From a virus (Duplodnaviria > Caudoviricetes), in IMG/VR virus record IMGVR_UViG_3300031555_004271, positions 21,818 through 85,817 of that record: DNA of 64,000 bases. One strand, 5' to 3'. Under the pieces are notes generated by a model. It did not search any database and had not been told where the DNA came from. It saw nothing but the letters and a program-made list of their open reading frames with translations. Position numbers and translations under genes: made by a program. This document shows positions 9,973 through 20,279 of the stretch, in pieces. Position 1 is the first letter of the stretch. Every line of letters starts with the position of its first letter.

Positions 9973-10781
9973 TTACTAAATACGGATTTAAATCCAGATG
10001 CTTTCTTTTTATTAATTGTTTTACTAGTACTAGGTTTCTTAGCAGCTGCTTTTTGTACAGCTTGATTATATTGTGTATTAGAATTTCTAGCTTTAGCTTC
10101 TCTTTCTTTTCTCTTTAGATCAGCATACTTTTTCTTAACAGCTTCATATTGCAAGTACTTAGATTCTTGAGACATTATAGAGTTAAGTAATTCTAATCTA
10201 GTAGTTTTTGTAATTTCAGTTGAATTTCTTTCAATTTCTGATTTTGTATATAATTTCTTTTCATTAATGTATTTACAAGCATAATAGCATGATTTTTCAA
10301 AACCAAATATCTCTACTGGATTAGTTACTTTAGGACGATTCTTTAAAGCTTCTTTAGAGTATTTTGTAGATTTCAACATATCTACTAAAAGATGTTCTTG
10401 ATTTAATACATATGTGTAAGTAAACATCATATGAGGAGAATTACTAAAGAAATTCATGGAGTAATCATTAATAGTAGAGAACTTTTCTTGTGTTTTATCT
10501 GTTGGAACAAACTCTAAAACCACATCATAATAGATTTCTTTATAGGTTTCTGATGGGATCTTAAACCAAAAGAAGTATACATTTTTATCTATATAGACTT
10601 TATAACTAAAAGTACCATTTTTAGTAGAATTTTTAAGCAAACTATAGTATTTCGCATTAAGGTTCTTTTTGATTTCCTCACGTTTACCCATCATAGAACT
10701 ACCTTTACCCGTTGGATTGGTAAGAAATTGATCAAGTGTTATAATAGTTCTTCCATTGAATATAGGAAAATTTAGTGGCAT
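9963..10781 (-). CDS. Hypothetical protein with basic C-terminal tail
   Basis: 272 aa ORF; late promoter at 10804-10815. Confidence 0.55.
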   Translation of the reverse strand: MPLNFPIFNGRTIITLDQFLTNPTGKGSSMMGKREEIKKNLNAKYYSLLKNSTKNGTFSYKVYIDKNVYFFWFKIPSETYKEIYYDVVLEFVPTDKTQEKFSTINDYSMNFFSNSPHMMFTYTYVLNQEHLLVDMLKSTKYSKEALKNRPKVTNPVEIFGFEKSCYYACKYINEKKLYTKSEIERNSTEITKTTRLELLNSIMSQESKYLQYEAVKKKYADLKRKEREAKARNSNTQYNQAVQKAAAKKPSTSKTINKKKASGFKSVFSKRK

Positions 10782-10867
10782 TTACAATCACCTACTTTCT
10801 TTATAATAAAGTGTTTAAAGTATGATTAAAAAGTCAAAAAAAAAGTGAACTATGAGTTAGTTCACTT

Positions 10868-11263
10868 TTAAGTTAGATAGTATTCTAGAAAATCATACAC
10901 AAATAAATCATCTTCTATATCATAATTTGGTTCTATATTATTAGTCTTTGCTTCTGCCCAAATAATCTGATTCTTAAAATCCTTAAGAAATTCTGAAATA
11001 AAATCTTTTCCATGTTCTTCAATATAGACATTCATAGTAATAAAGGGTGATGTTATTACTCTTATAAATTCTATCCAGAAATTAGAATTGTTATACCATT
11101 CTTCTCCATAATCTCTAATACACCAAGTATTTGCCGCAAAGTATTTTGTATCAGAACATTCTTTTATGTAATATATATTGGGTTTTGGATATTTAAAAAT
11201 TTTTTCATAGTTTCTTAATTTACAATTGAAGATCTGTTTTTTAGTTGGTTTAGGAAAATCCAT
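10868..11263 (-). CDS. Hypothetical protein, paralog of 11264-11674
   Basis: Shared FP..TK.QIFN.K..NY and YG.EWY.N..FWI.F motifs. Confidence 0.65.
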   Translation of the reverse strand: MDFPKPTKKQIFNCKLRNYEKIFKYPKPNIYYIKECSDTKYFAANTWCIRDYGEEWYNNSNFWIEFIRVITSPFITMNVYIEEHGKDFISEFLKDFKNQIIWAEAKTNNIEPNYDIEDDLFVYDFLEYYLT

Positions 11264-11674
11264 TTAAATCCTCCTAGGTTTTATAATCTTTTCTTCATTA
11301 AAGAATCTTTCTAAAAACTCAGTGTCATCTTCTTCAAGATATTTTCTATTGATAAGTGGTAATTCTAACTGACATTGAGTGCTAAAAGCTTCTCCATAAA
11401 GTATCTGTTTCTTAAAGTCTATAAAAAATTCCATAACCAGTTTTTTACTACCATTGTTTATAAAAAGTTGTAAGTAACCATACACCTCATATATACGATC
11501 TACAAAATCAATCCAAAATGCTGGATTAAGATACCATTCATCTCCATATTCAACGATATTCCAATATAGAATCTTTTCATTATCACCATACCCTTGTATA
11601 CATTTGAAAATTTGATTGTAGTTCTTTACTTTTATATTGAATATCTGATTTTTAGTAATTATAGGAAACTTCAT
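11264..11674 (-). CDS. Hypothetical protein, paralog of 10868-11263
   Basis: Shared motifs as above; RBS gaaagga. Confidence 0.65.
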   Translation of the reverse strand: MKFPIITKNQIFNIKVKNYNQIFKCIQGYGDNEKILYWNIVEYGDEWYLNPAFWIDFVDRIYEVYGYLQLFINNGSKKLVMEFFIDFKKQILYGEAFSTQCQLELPLINRKYLEEDDTEFLERFFNEEKIIKPRRI

Positions 11675-11787
11675 TATATACATTCCTTTCATAATAGTAT
11701 TCTACATTTAGTATATATAGATAAAATAATGATAAAAATCTAAAAAAAAGAAAGTCTTAAACATAGTAAGGCTTTCTTTTTATATCT

Positions 11788-11997
11788 TTATTCCTCCTTA
11801 TTTTCCTCTTCTTTTCTGAACGTTACTTCATGTTCATAGAAAACCAAGTTAGAACCATGGGAATCTCTAACCTCAACAAGCTTTCTACCAGCACAATTTC
11901 TAGAGTATCTAATGACAACACCATCATGCCACCACAAACCACACTCGGTATAAGATACTAAGTCACCTACTTTGAACTTATTTTCTCTTTCAAGCAT
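11788..11997 (-). CDS. Small SH3/KOW-like beta-barrel protein, paralog of 12419-12613
   Basis: ENKFKVGDLV.Y...G.W..DGVV...NC.G..LV. Confidence 0.6.
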   Translation of the reverse strand: MLERENKFKVGDLVSYTECGLWWHDGVVIRYSRNCAGRKLVEVRDSHGSNLVFYEHEVTFRKEEENKEE

Positions 11998-12024
11998 ATT
12001 TGTTACACATTCCTTTATAAAATT

Positions 12025-12387
12025 TTATGAAGCAATATAGTCTTTATACTTAACCATATCCTGCTTAAAACGAATCCAGTCACCAATAGAAGGTGTAGGA
12101 AGTCTATACTCCTTATTAGAATAGTAAGAAGTAGTCAAAAAGATACCGAATTCCAAATTACGATGTTCGATTACCTTTCTGTAATTTTGGTTTTTACCAG
12201 ATTTAGTATGTAGAAATGTATATCTACCAAACTCATTAACACTTCTAGTGTTTACTTTGACGATATCATTTCCGCATTTAATTTCTACTAATCCGTCAGG
12301 ATTCTCTTGGTAATTAATACCCCAAAGATCATTTGCATAGTTTAACAGATTTACATAATCAGGGGAAGAAGCAGGTTGGATATTCAT
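12025..12387 (-). CDS. Hypothetical protein
   Basis: 120 aa ORF with RBS gaaagg. Confidence 0.6.
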   Translation of the reverse strand: MNIQPASSPDYVNLLNYANDLWGINYQENPDGLVEIKCGNDIVKVNTRSVNEFGRYTFLHTKSGKNQNYRKVIEHRNLEFGIFLTTSYYSNKEYRLPTPSIGDWIRFKQDMVKYKDYIAS

Positions 12388-12418
12388 ATAAAACCTTTCC
12401 TTTCTATCTAATACATTA

Positions 12419-12613
12419 TTATTTTCTTAACATAATTTCACTTTCATATAAAACCAAAATAGAACCATTAGAAGTTCTAATACGGACTAAGTTCTTTCCA
12501 GAACAGTTTTTCAAGTTCCAGACAACTACACCATCATTTTTCCAAACACCACGATTGTAATAGATGACTAAATCACCTATCTTGAACTTATTTTCTTCTT
12601 TTGTTATATCCAT
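12419..12613 (-). CDS. Small SH3/KOW-like protein, paralog of 11788-11997
   Basis: ENKFKIGDLVIY..GVW..DGVV...NCSGKNLV. Confidence 0.6.
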   Translation of the reverse strand: MDITKEENKFKIGDLVIYYNRGVWKNDGVVVWNLKNCSGKNLVRIRTSNGSILVLYESEIMLRK

Positions 12614-12615
12614 TT

Positions 12616-12804
12616 TTATTCACCTTCTTTATTAAATTTTGCCTTATTTTGTTCTATAAGTGCTTCAAGACTCATAGTTTCAATAAGACGGATATTAATA
12701 GATTCTATATTTTTCTTTTTATTAGTTTTATTGTTTACTTTTTCATTAACCTCTTTCTTAGCTCCTTCAATATCTCGTTTTCCAAATTCATTAAACATAC
12801 TCAT
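12616..12804 (-). CDS. Small hypothetical protein
   Basis: RBS gaggag; TATATAT motif upstream. Confidence 0.55.
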   Translation of the reverse strand: MSMFNEFGKRDIEGAKKEVNEKVNNKTNKKKNIESINIRLIETMSLEALIEQNKAKFNKEGE

Positions 12805-12917
12805 AATCTCCTCTTTATTATATTTATTTCTATATTAATGATATATATCTATAAAGTCTTAAAATGCGAAATTTTAGAGTATAATCCTTTAATTGGATTA
12901 TACTCTAAAAATACTTT

Positions 12918-14657
12918 TTATCTACTCATAGGATTTGTAGTAATAAACTGATTACTAGTAGCTAATAGACCAATGATAGAGAAGCTAGCTTTAATGATCT
13001 CGATGTCAGTCTGAGCGGAGTTAATTACATTAGTTTCATTATCTTTCTCATATCTACGTAACTTTACATTATAGACCTTATCTTCATTCAAACAAGTATC
13101 CATAATCTTTTCAGCTTTATCATTGGAAATATGAGCATTATCTAATACAGTTAAGAAAGATTTCTCAAATGCATATAGAATCTTTTCAATGACGAAAGTA
13201 ATAGCACTCATGAAACTATCTCTATCATCATAAATGTTACTTAGATAATTTAAACGATCATCATTTACAGTATCTTCAATGATAACATCTTCATACTTCA
13301 TAATTAGTTTAGGTAGAATCATGTTACCACCGACTACATAACCATACTCAATTGAAGAACGACATGCATATACAGCGTCTTCCATTAGGAACTTTCTAGT
13401 AGTTCTTTCCATTTCAGAACCACCACCAACATAGAGAGTTGCCATAGAAGATGTTAAAGTAGCAATACGCTTCTTAATTTGGAATAGATCCTTTTCACGA
13501 TTATCATGAACTTCGTCCATATGGTATAGTCTTTGATATTCGTCTTCTAGATTTTTTATATGTTCCTGAAGTGCATTTGCATTAGAAGTATAACCATCAC
13601 CGTCAATAAATGTAGTTCTTAGATCATCACCCTTGATTCTCTTACATCTACCTAGATCTTTAATAGAGAATTCTTTGATATCTTCCATACCATTATACTT
13701 ATCATAGTAGTGACAACCTAATGCTAGAGCTAAATCCTCAAATCTTTCTCTACCATTTTTAGTAGAAGCATCAATGTCGATAGCGACTACTGGAAGGTGT
13801 TTATTTTTTTGTAAATTAGCATCAAAGAAAGACTTAACAGAACTAGTATAATTAGTAGCAATTAGTACTAAAGGAATATTCTGTCTGATACATACAGTAT
13901 CCATAACACTAGCAATAAAATCGATTTCATCATCAGACATGATATCATTCATCATGAATACTAAAGCATTTTCATACTCTACTGAAATACGATCACTTTG
14001 GTTGGCCATTCTCGCATTAATCCAACCTCTAGGTACTTCAATACCTTGTACTTTCTCGAAATAGTCCTTACTAGACTTACCATTTTCTAGATTAATGAAA
14101 CCATAACGACCGATGGACTTGAAAATATCACAGAATAGTTTACCAGATTCTTGATTGTTATTGCAAGAAATAGTGGCAATTTTAGTAATAGTTTCATCAA
14201 AATTATCATCAGTAATTTGGGTTGCATTATCTAGAATCATAGTTTCAAACTTTTCAGATAATACAGTGAAAATCTCTAGAATATCCTGTGGAGCTAACTC
14301 TAGTTCTTTTGAAATTTCATTAATAGAATTGAATAACTCATTAGCAATAATGACTGAAGAAGTACTACCATCACCAACAGTTCTAACTAGGGACTTAGAA
14401 ATCTTCTTAACGATATCTAATACAGTACGAGAGATATCATAATTGTAGTTCATAGCCTTTAAGATAGTATAACCATCTTTAGTCATATAGTGGTCACCAA
14501 GTCTATCTTCAATGATAGTAGTAGAACCATATGGACCTAGAGATTTACTAACTTCTTGTGCTATTTTGTTTAAAGTAGACTTAATCTTTTCTTTAGCTTC
14601 AGTTTCATCTATAATGTTAGAATTAAGAAATATGTTATCGATTGTTGTTTGAGCCAT
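12918..14657 (-). CDS. groEL: Phage chaperonin, GroEL-like
   Basis: SLGPYG, TKDG, VGDGSTS, LYVGG and GYVVGG motifs. Confidence 0.92.
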   Translation of the reverse strand: MAQTTIDNIFLNSNIIDETEAKEKIKSTLNKIAQEVSKSLGPYGSTTIIEDRLGDHYMTKDGYTILKAMNYNYDISRTVLDIVKKISKSLVRTVGDGSTSSVIIANELFNSINEISKELELAPQDILEIFTVLSEKFETMILDNATQITDDNFDETITKIATISCNNNQESGKLFCDIFKSIGRYGFINLENGKSSKDYFEKVQGIEVPRGWINARMANQSDRISVEYENALVFMMNDIMSDDEIDFIASVMDTVCIRQNIPLVLIATNYTSSVKSFFDANLQKNKHLPVVAIDIDASTKNGRERFEDLALALGCHYYDKYNGMEDIKEFSIKDLGRCKRIKGDDLRTTFIDGDGYTSNANALQEHIKNLEDEYQRLYHMDEVHDNREKDLFQIKKRIATLTSSMATLYVGGGSEMERTTRKFLMEDAVYACRSSIEYGYVVGGNMILPKLIMKYEDVIIEDTVNDDRLNYLSNIYDDRDSFMSAITFVIEKILYAFEKSFLTVLDNAHISNDKAEKIMDTCLNEDKVYNVKLRRYEKDNETNVINSAQTDIEIIKASFSIIGLLATSNQFITTNPMSR

Positions 14658-14700
14658 ATCTAGACTCCTTTCTTTTCTTAATCTATATGAAAAAATAAAA

Positions 14701-14737
14701 AAAGAAACTGCCTTGTTCCCAGCAAAGCAGTTTCTTT
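14701..14737 (-). terminator. Intrinsic terminator
   Basis: aaagaaactgc/gcagtttcttt stem with T-run on the minus strand. Confidence 0.75.
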
Positions 14738-14977
14738 ATAAATAGAAAAGTATACTTAGAGAAGTCACTCAAGTATATTTTAATTATAACCTTCTCCAGA
14801 ACTATAACAAAATATCTTCTCTAAGTAGTACTTTCTTTGTAATAAGATAAGTGTTATTTGAAAATATACATCCGCCATCCCACTGAAATCAAGATATATA
14901 ATTCTCAAAAAACTTATATTCGTCTCTATCTTATTACATCTTTAAAATATATAACTATAAATCATTATAATACGTTT

Positions 14978-15319
14978 TTAACGAATCATAATTTTTATAC
15001 AGTTTTCATCTATAACCAATGTTTTAAAAATTTCATTACATTTTTTAGAATTATTAAAAAATTCAATCACATTTCTTATTTCACCATCAGACACTTCTAA
15101 AACAATGTCTTTAAACTTATTACAATTATTGTTATAAATGGTATAACCTTTAAAACCTTCCAATACTTTATACTTAATAGATCTTTCATCTAATAATAAA
15201 AGTAATTCGATAAACTTAAAAGCTTCATTTAAAAAAAGGGTAGCTTCTAATAAGTTTTCAACCTTGTTATCATCTACCCATGTAGTAAGTACTTTAAATT
15301 TTTTCAATTTTGGATTCAT
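14978..15319 (-). CDS. Hypothetical protein
   Basis: 113 aa ORF, RBS caggtg. Confidence 0.55.
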   Translation of the reverse strand: MNPKLKKFKVLTTWVDDNKVENLLEATLFLNEAFKFIELLLLLDERSIKYKVLEGFKGYTIYNNNCNKFKDIVLEVSDGEIRNVIEFFNNSKKCNEIFKTLVIDENCIKIMIR

Positions 15320-15410
15320 TATTTTGAATCACCTGACTTTCTGTAATTTTATCAATCATCAATAAATGGTATTTTCGCCTAATTACAGAAATCAAAATGA
15401 ATGAAATTTT

Positions 15411-15680
15411 TTAACGTTGATTGTAGATTTTATTCATATCACCATAAGCTTTATCCTGTTCGATCTTAGCCATGGCTTGTGCTTTTGCCTTTTCTTTTTC
15501 TTCTAAGAGTTTAGTTCGTGCTTCACATATTTCTTTTAAAAAAGCAATCTCACTATTAAGAACTTCGTCTAAAGAAATTTGTCCTGCAAACAGGTCTAAA
15601 ACTGAGACAATGAAGTCACTATCAGCTGCTCTTGAAAGTTTATAACTTACGTTGCCGTGCTCGTCCTGTTTATTCGTGTA
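15411..15680 (-). CDS. -1 frame C-terminal extension of tail assembly chaperone (G-T-like frameshift product)
   Basis: 89 open codons (YTNKQDEHG...VLDLFAGQISLDEVL...NQR*) lacking an early ATG/GTG/TTG start; overlaps the end of 15647-17167 at C CTT TTT (15686-15680). Confidence 0.65.
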   Translation of the reverse strand, partial: YTNKQDEHGNVSYKLSRAADSDFIVSVLDLFAGQISLDEVLNSEIAFLKEICEARTKLLEEKEKAKAQAMAKIEQDKAYGDMNKIYNQR

Positions 15681-17167
15681 AAAAGGATTGTTTCGATATC
15701 TACAGGAATGCCAGGTAGCTTAGTCTTACAGTGAGAACAAGTTACATTATGAATTTCATAATCAATCTTATACTTACCTAGCTTCTCCTCAATAGCATTC
15801 TCTAACTGTTCGCCATCCTTATTGGATAACTTCAGTAGGATATTTAACAATCTAGCCTTATCAGCAACCTCATAATAAGTTGCCTTACCAGTATTATATG
15901 TCTGAGCTAAGTCTAGCATGTACATATGAGAGATGAATAACATAGCACTAAATGCATCAGCATACTCTTGTAGAGTCTGCTGATTAGAGATCTTAAGTAG
16001 AGATAGATGATCATGTAGAGAAGGAGTAGATACATCTACGATAATCTTACTATCATTTAACATAACTCTTTCATCCTTATGAACAATAGATGCAGCAACT
16101 AATTCTTCACCAGTCTTAATAGAACCAATGATTTCATCACGCTTCTCATAAGTAGCTCTATCTCTAACTTCTACTAGAGATTGGTTGTTTACAGTTACAG
16201 AGGTAGTTTTACCACACTTACCACAGGTAATATCAAAATCATTGTTATCAATGAAAGTTTGACAATAAATACCAAATAGTAAAGTAGATAGATCATTAAA
16301 GGATGTAATCTTAAGCCAGTTATTGAAATCAGGCTTAGGGATAGACATGGTATGGATCTTGTTATAAACAGTTCTATATAACTTTTCTCTCATCTGGAAA
16401 ATATTACCATCAGAGTTATTAATAGCATTCTTTTCAGCTAGAGTTAAACCAGACATATTTGCTGTATAACCAGACTGACAACAAATAACAGTAAATGTAG
16501 CAACATTATTATTGAAAACTAGATCAATATCCTGTGCTTGCTGAATTGCAGGTTTATTAGTAATAGTAATCTCATTTAGATCAACTGTAATCTTATCCAT
16601 AAATGCTAATTTAGGATTATTACCTCTAGAAGAGACTCTGTTATTAGCATAACTATGATAGATATACTTTTCTTCATTTTTAGATTGAGTTACAGTTTCT
16701 TCATTTAATGCTTCTTCTACAGATTTATCAGAAGATTCCTCTTTAGAAAAATCAATGTCATCTGCATTAAAATCAATACCGAAATCAATATCGTTATGGA
16801 TATAATTGGCTTCTTCTTCAGGTTCTTCATCAAGATTTCCTAATACAGAACTAAGTCCTGCAGATTCATCCATAGGAATATCTGAAATATCTAAAGTAGA
16901 TTTAACATGAGTTTCATTAACTTTAGCATCAATTGAAGTGACATTGGCTGTTATTACACCATTTGCTTCTTTAGTAACCTCGTCTCTTACAGCATTTAGT
17001 TTAGCTAAAATCTGTTCTTTATTACCAGATTTTAGTAGTTCGTCTAAAGACGCTTCTTCAATCTTAGTTTCTCTTGCAGAAAGTGTATTATCATCAATCA
17101 AAATATTGTCAATTTTAGAATTTTCATTTAGAGTATCATTAAACTCTACTGGAATATTTTCAATCAA
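15647..17167 (-). CDS. Baseplate hub / tail assembly chaperone-like protein
   Basis: TTG start with gaggagg RBS; acidic N-region, CGKC and CSHC motifs; adjacent to gp25-like gene. Confidence 0.6.
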   Translation of the reverse strand: MIENIPVEFNDTLNENSKIDNILIDDNTLSARETKIEEASLDELLKSGNKEQILAKLNAVRDEVTKEANGVITANVTSIDAKVNETHVKSTLDISDIPMDESAGLSSVLGNLDEEPEEEANYIHNDIDFGIDFNADDIDFSKEESSDKSVEEALNEETVTQSKNEEKYIYHSYANNRVSSRGNNPKLAFMDKITVDLNEITITNKPAIQQAQDIDLVFNNNVATFTVICCQSGYTANMSGLTLAEKNAINNSDGNIFQMREKLYRTVYNKIHTMSIPKPDFNNWLKITSFNDLSTLLFGIYCQTFIDNNDFDITCGKCGKTTSVTVNNQSLVEVRDRATYEKRDEIIGSIKTGEELVAASIVHKDERVMLNDSKIIVDVSTPSLHDHLSLLKISNQQTLQEYADAFSAMLFISHMYMLDLAQTYNTGKATYYEVADKARLLNILLKLSNKDGEQLENAIEEKLGKYKIDYEIHNVTCSHCKTKLPGIPVDIETILFTRINRTSTAT

Positions 17168-17240
17168 AATCTTTTACCTCCTCTTTAAAATAACAAGAAT
17201 TATTTTAGTGTTACTATATACTTTTTATTATAAAAAATTC

Positions 17241-17663
17241 TTAAATATATACTTTACTAATAATCTTACCAGTTTTACCAACTTTTTCAAAAGTTAAAAC
17301 CATATTGTCTTTAGAATTAACTAGGTTTATAAGAACACCAATAGTATTCTTCTGTCCACCTTTATCGCTATCAATAACCTCTACTAGAATATTCCCTATT
17401 TTAGAATTAGGAATATATCTATTTATTTGATTTCTAGCTCTTTCATTTATCTCACTCAATGTAATCTTATCCATAAATTCAAATTCATAATTAGCAATTC
17501 CAATACCCATATCTGGATCATCTGGATAACTCATAGGTTGCATTATAAAAAGTCTTTGGATTAATCTTGCTAATGCTGGCAGTTCACCATATGTAGATAC
17601 TTTTCCAAAATCATCAATTGATAGAAAACATTCATTTTTCATACATTCTTCAATATTAGCCAT
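17241..17663 (-). CDS. Baseplate wedge subunit, T4 gp25-like
   Basis: LIQRLFIM.P.SYPDDPDMGIGI..Y.FE...I...RYIP pattern. Confidence 0.75.
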   Translation of the reverse strand: MANIEECMKNECFLSIDDFGKVSTYGELPALARLIQRLFIMQPMSYPDDPDMGIGIANYEFEFMDKITLSEINERARNQINRYIPNSKIGNILVEVIDSDKGGQKNTIGVLINLVNSKDNMVLTFEKVGKTGKIISKVYI

Positions 17664-17769
17664 TCTCTATAATCCCCTTTCTTATTCATTTAAAGATTGT
17701 TTGTAATTACTTGTTAAACAAATATATAAACAATAAAAAACTTGCTTTATGAAAGACGGTGAAAAAATA

Positions 17770-18597
17770 ATGGAATTTTTAAACGAAAAATTATTATCTG
17801 AAGGACTCTTTAGTAGTTCTTTACAGGAAATTTCATATACAGATGTTTTAGAACAATTCAAAAAGCTAAATAAACAATTATCTGAGGCTATTAAAAAAAC
17901 TACTGCTTGTAAATCTATTAAAACATATGAAGAGATTTATCCTAACATATTTGTTATATCCAATAAGGATTATAGAATGACAATGCAGCAGTATGTTAGT
18001 GAGACTTTCTCTATTTTTGATTTAGCTAGAGAATCTGAAATGACTGAGAATATCGTTATTAGTGAACTTAATAGTATCTTTGATGAGATTAACTATGCAT
18101 ATAAAGATGTATCTATTACATTTTTAAGAACTAATGAAGGTAGTGATACTTATAGATTCTATGCTTATTTAGATTTTAAGAAATGTCTAAAGAATATTTT
18201 AAGTTACAAGCAACCTAAAGAGCAATTATTTGCTAAAGATATGATCAAAGAGTTTAAGGATAAAAAGGATACTGTAATTACTACTATTAAAAAGCATCCT
18301 TTAGGAAAATCTTTACGATTTGATAAATCCTATGAATCTGAAATTTATAAATACCAAGCTACTTCTGGTAGTGGTATTTGCTACTGTTTACAGAGTGATA
18401 CTAATGGCTTTATAGATAAAGATTTTAGTAACTTTACACCTAAACTAAGTTCATGGTCAGTTAGTATGAATCTGGCATATGAGTTAAGTGAAACTATTTT
18501 AAAGGATACTCATATGACCTTAACTAGATTCCCTAATAGAAATGGTAGTTCTAGTTTATGGCTAATTAGTAATCCAAATATAAAAATAACATATTAA
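17770..18597 (+). CDS. Putative virion head protein with L-x-E N-terminal motifs
   Basis: MEFLNEKLLSEGLF; late promoter at 17717-17728. Confidence 0.45.
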   Translation: MEFLNEKLLSEGLFSSSLQEISYTDVLEQFKKLNKQLSEAIKKTTACKSIKTYEEIYPNIFVISNKDYRMTMQQYVSETFSIFDLARESEMTENIVISELNSIFDEINYAYKDVSITFLRTNEGSDTYRFYAYLDFKKCLKNILSYKQPKEQLFAKDMIKEFKDKKDTVITTIKKHPLGKSLRFDKSYESEIYKYQATSGSGICYCLQSDTNGFIDKDFSNFTPKLSSWSVSMNLAYELSETILKDTHMTLTRFPNRNGSSSLWLISNPNIKITY

Positions 18598-18613
18598 AAG
18601 GAGTTGAAATAAT

Positions 18614-19573
18614 ATGGCTTTTAAAATAGCAATAAGTGCTGGTCATGGTCGATATACTGCTGGTAAACGCTGTATGAAAGCTATTGACCCTAATGAAACA
18701 AGAGAATGGGTATTAAACTCTAGAATTGCTGAAAAAGTAGAAAAAATTTTAAAAGAATATTCTGATTGTGAAGTCCTACGTGTTGATGATAGAGATGGTA
18801 GTACTGACATTAGATTAATTGATCGTGCAAATGCATCTAATAATTTTGACGCAGATTTTTATTTAGCTATCCATCATAATGCTGGTATTAAAGGCAATTC
18901 TGGTGGTGGTATTATGGTATTCTCATATAAGTATGGTTCTACAGAATCTTTTGAATGGCAAAAAGAGCTATATAATGCGCTAATTAAGGAAACTGGTTTA
19001 AAAGGTGACAGAAGTAATCCAATAACTAAATCTAGTTTATATGAATGCCGTGTACCCAAAGCACCTGCAATTTTATTAGAATTAGGTTTTATGGATAGCA
19101 CTACTGATACACCTATTATCTTAACTGAAAAGTATGCAGATCAATGTGCAAAAGCTATTACTGATGTAATTATTAAAAGAGAAAAATTAACTAAAAAGAT
19201 AGTTAGTAAACCTGTTGTATCTGAACCTAAAGAAGAAATTATTATCGATAAAATAGATGAGTATTCTTTAACTGATTTTGTTAAAGACGTTCAGAAAGCA
19301 TGCGGTGCTAAAGTTGATGGTATTGCTGGTTCTGAAACTCTATCTAAAACTATCACTATTTCTGCAACGAAAAACAATAAACACGCAGTAGTTAAGGCTA
19401 TTCAAAAGAGATTAACTACTCTAGGTTATACTCAAGTAGGTACTATTGATGGCGTTGCTGGTGCTAAATTTACTACAGCAGTTAAAGCTTTCCAAAAAGA
19501 TAATAATTGCACTAAAGATGGTGAAATTACAGCCAAAATGACTACTTGGAAAAAATTATTAGGTATGAAGTAA
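18614..19573 (+). CDS. Endolysin: N-acetylmuramoyl-L-alanine amidase (Amidase_3) with C-terminal peptidoglycan-binding repeats
   Basis: ISAGHG, E, LAIHHNA and AILLELGFM zinc motifs; VDGIAG, IDGVAGAK and VKAFQ PG-binding motifs. Confidence 0.92.
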   Translation: MAFKIAISAGHGRYTAGKRCMKAIDPNETREWVLNSRIAEKVEKILKEYSDCEVLRVDDRDGSTDIRLIDRANASNNFDADFYLAIHHNAGIKGNSGGGIMVFSYKYGSTESFEWQKELYNALIKETGLKGDRSNPITKSSLYECRVPKAPAILLELGFMDSTTDTPIILTEKYADQCAKAITDVIIKREKLTKKIVSKPVVSEPKEEIIIDKIDEYSLTDFVKDVQKACGAKVDGIAGSETLSKTITISATKNNKHAVVKAIQKRLTTLGYTQVGTIDGVAGAKFTTAVKAFQKDNNCTKDGEITAKMTTWKKLLGMK

Positions 19574-19696
19574 ATTATAACAAATGAGGATATCTGAAAG
19601 GATATCCTCATTTAATTTTTCCCTAACAATTTTAATACATCTATAACAAACTATTAATAAGTCATTTATTCCAATAGAAGTAGGTGAAATTGTATA

Positions 19697-20272
19697 ATGA
19701 AACTAAATGAGAATCAAATTGAAATTCAATCAAAAACTATGTTTTTGAAAGATATAGCTTCAAATTTTTATAAAGAACTACCATTTATCGATAAGTTCAA
19801 TGCTACAGAAATGAATAAGATGAACTATGATTTACGTTTTGTCACTTTCAAAAAAATTGAAAGAATGATGAAAGTATCACAGTTCTACAATAGTCTATAT
19901 TCAGTAAGTTTGCCTAACGAAACTAAACTCCATGAAGAAAAACTTAAACATATGAGATGGTTTGTCGATAAGTACAAAGATACACTAAACTATACTGATA
20001 GAATCAAATTTACATTTACACTTATAGATCCTGATTGTAACTATTCAGATGGCGTATATGAACAGTATAGTCAACTAAATTTCCAAAAGATTCTAGAAGA
20101 TGGTAGAAAGATTATTAGATCCATTGCAGGAAACTTTAAGATTCTACATCAACACAATAACAGAACTATGGAAAAGTTTGAAATATATGATGCTCCTAAT
20201 AGTAATTTCGTATTTCGTTTATGTTACTATCCAAATAAGAAAGCTTGGATAGAAATCGAGAGTAAGGAGTGA
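19697..20272 (+). CDS. Hypothetical protein
   Basis: 191 aa ORF; late promoter at 19645-19656. Confidence 0.6.
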   Translation: MKLNENQIEIQSKTMFLKDIASNFYKELPFIDKFNATEMNKMNYDLRFVTFKKIERMMKVSQFYNSLYSVSLPNETKLHEEKLKHMRWFVDKYKDTLNYTDRIKFTFTLIDPDCNYSDGVYEQYSQLNFQKILEDGRKIIRSIAGNFKILHQHNNRTMEKFEIYDAPNSNFVFRLCYYPNKKAWIEIESKE

Positions 20273-20279
20273 TTCATAT

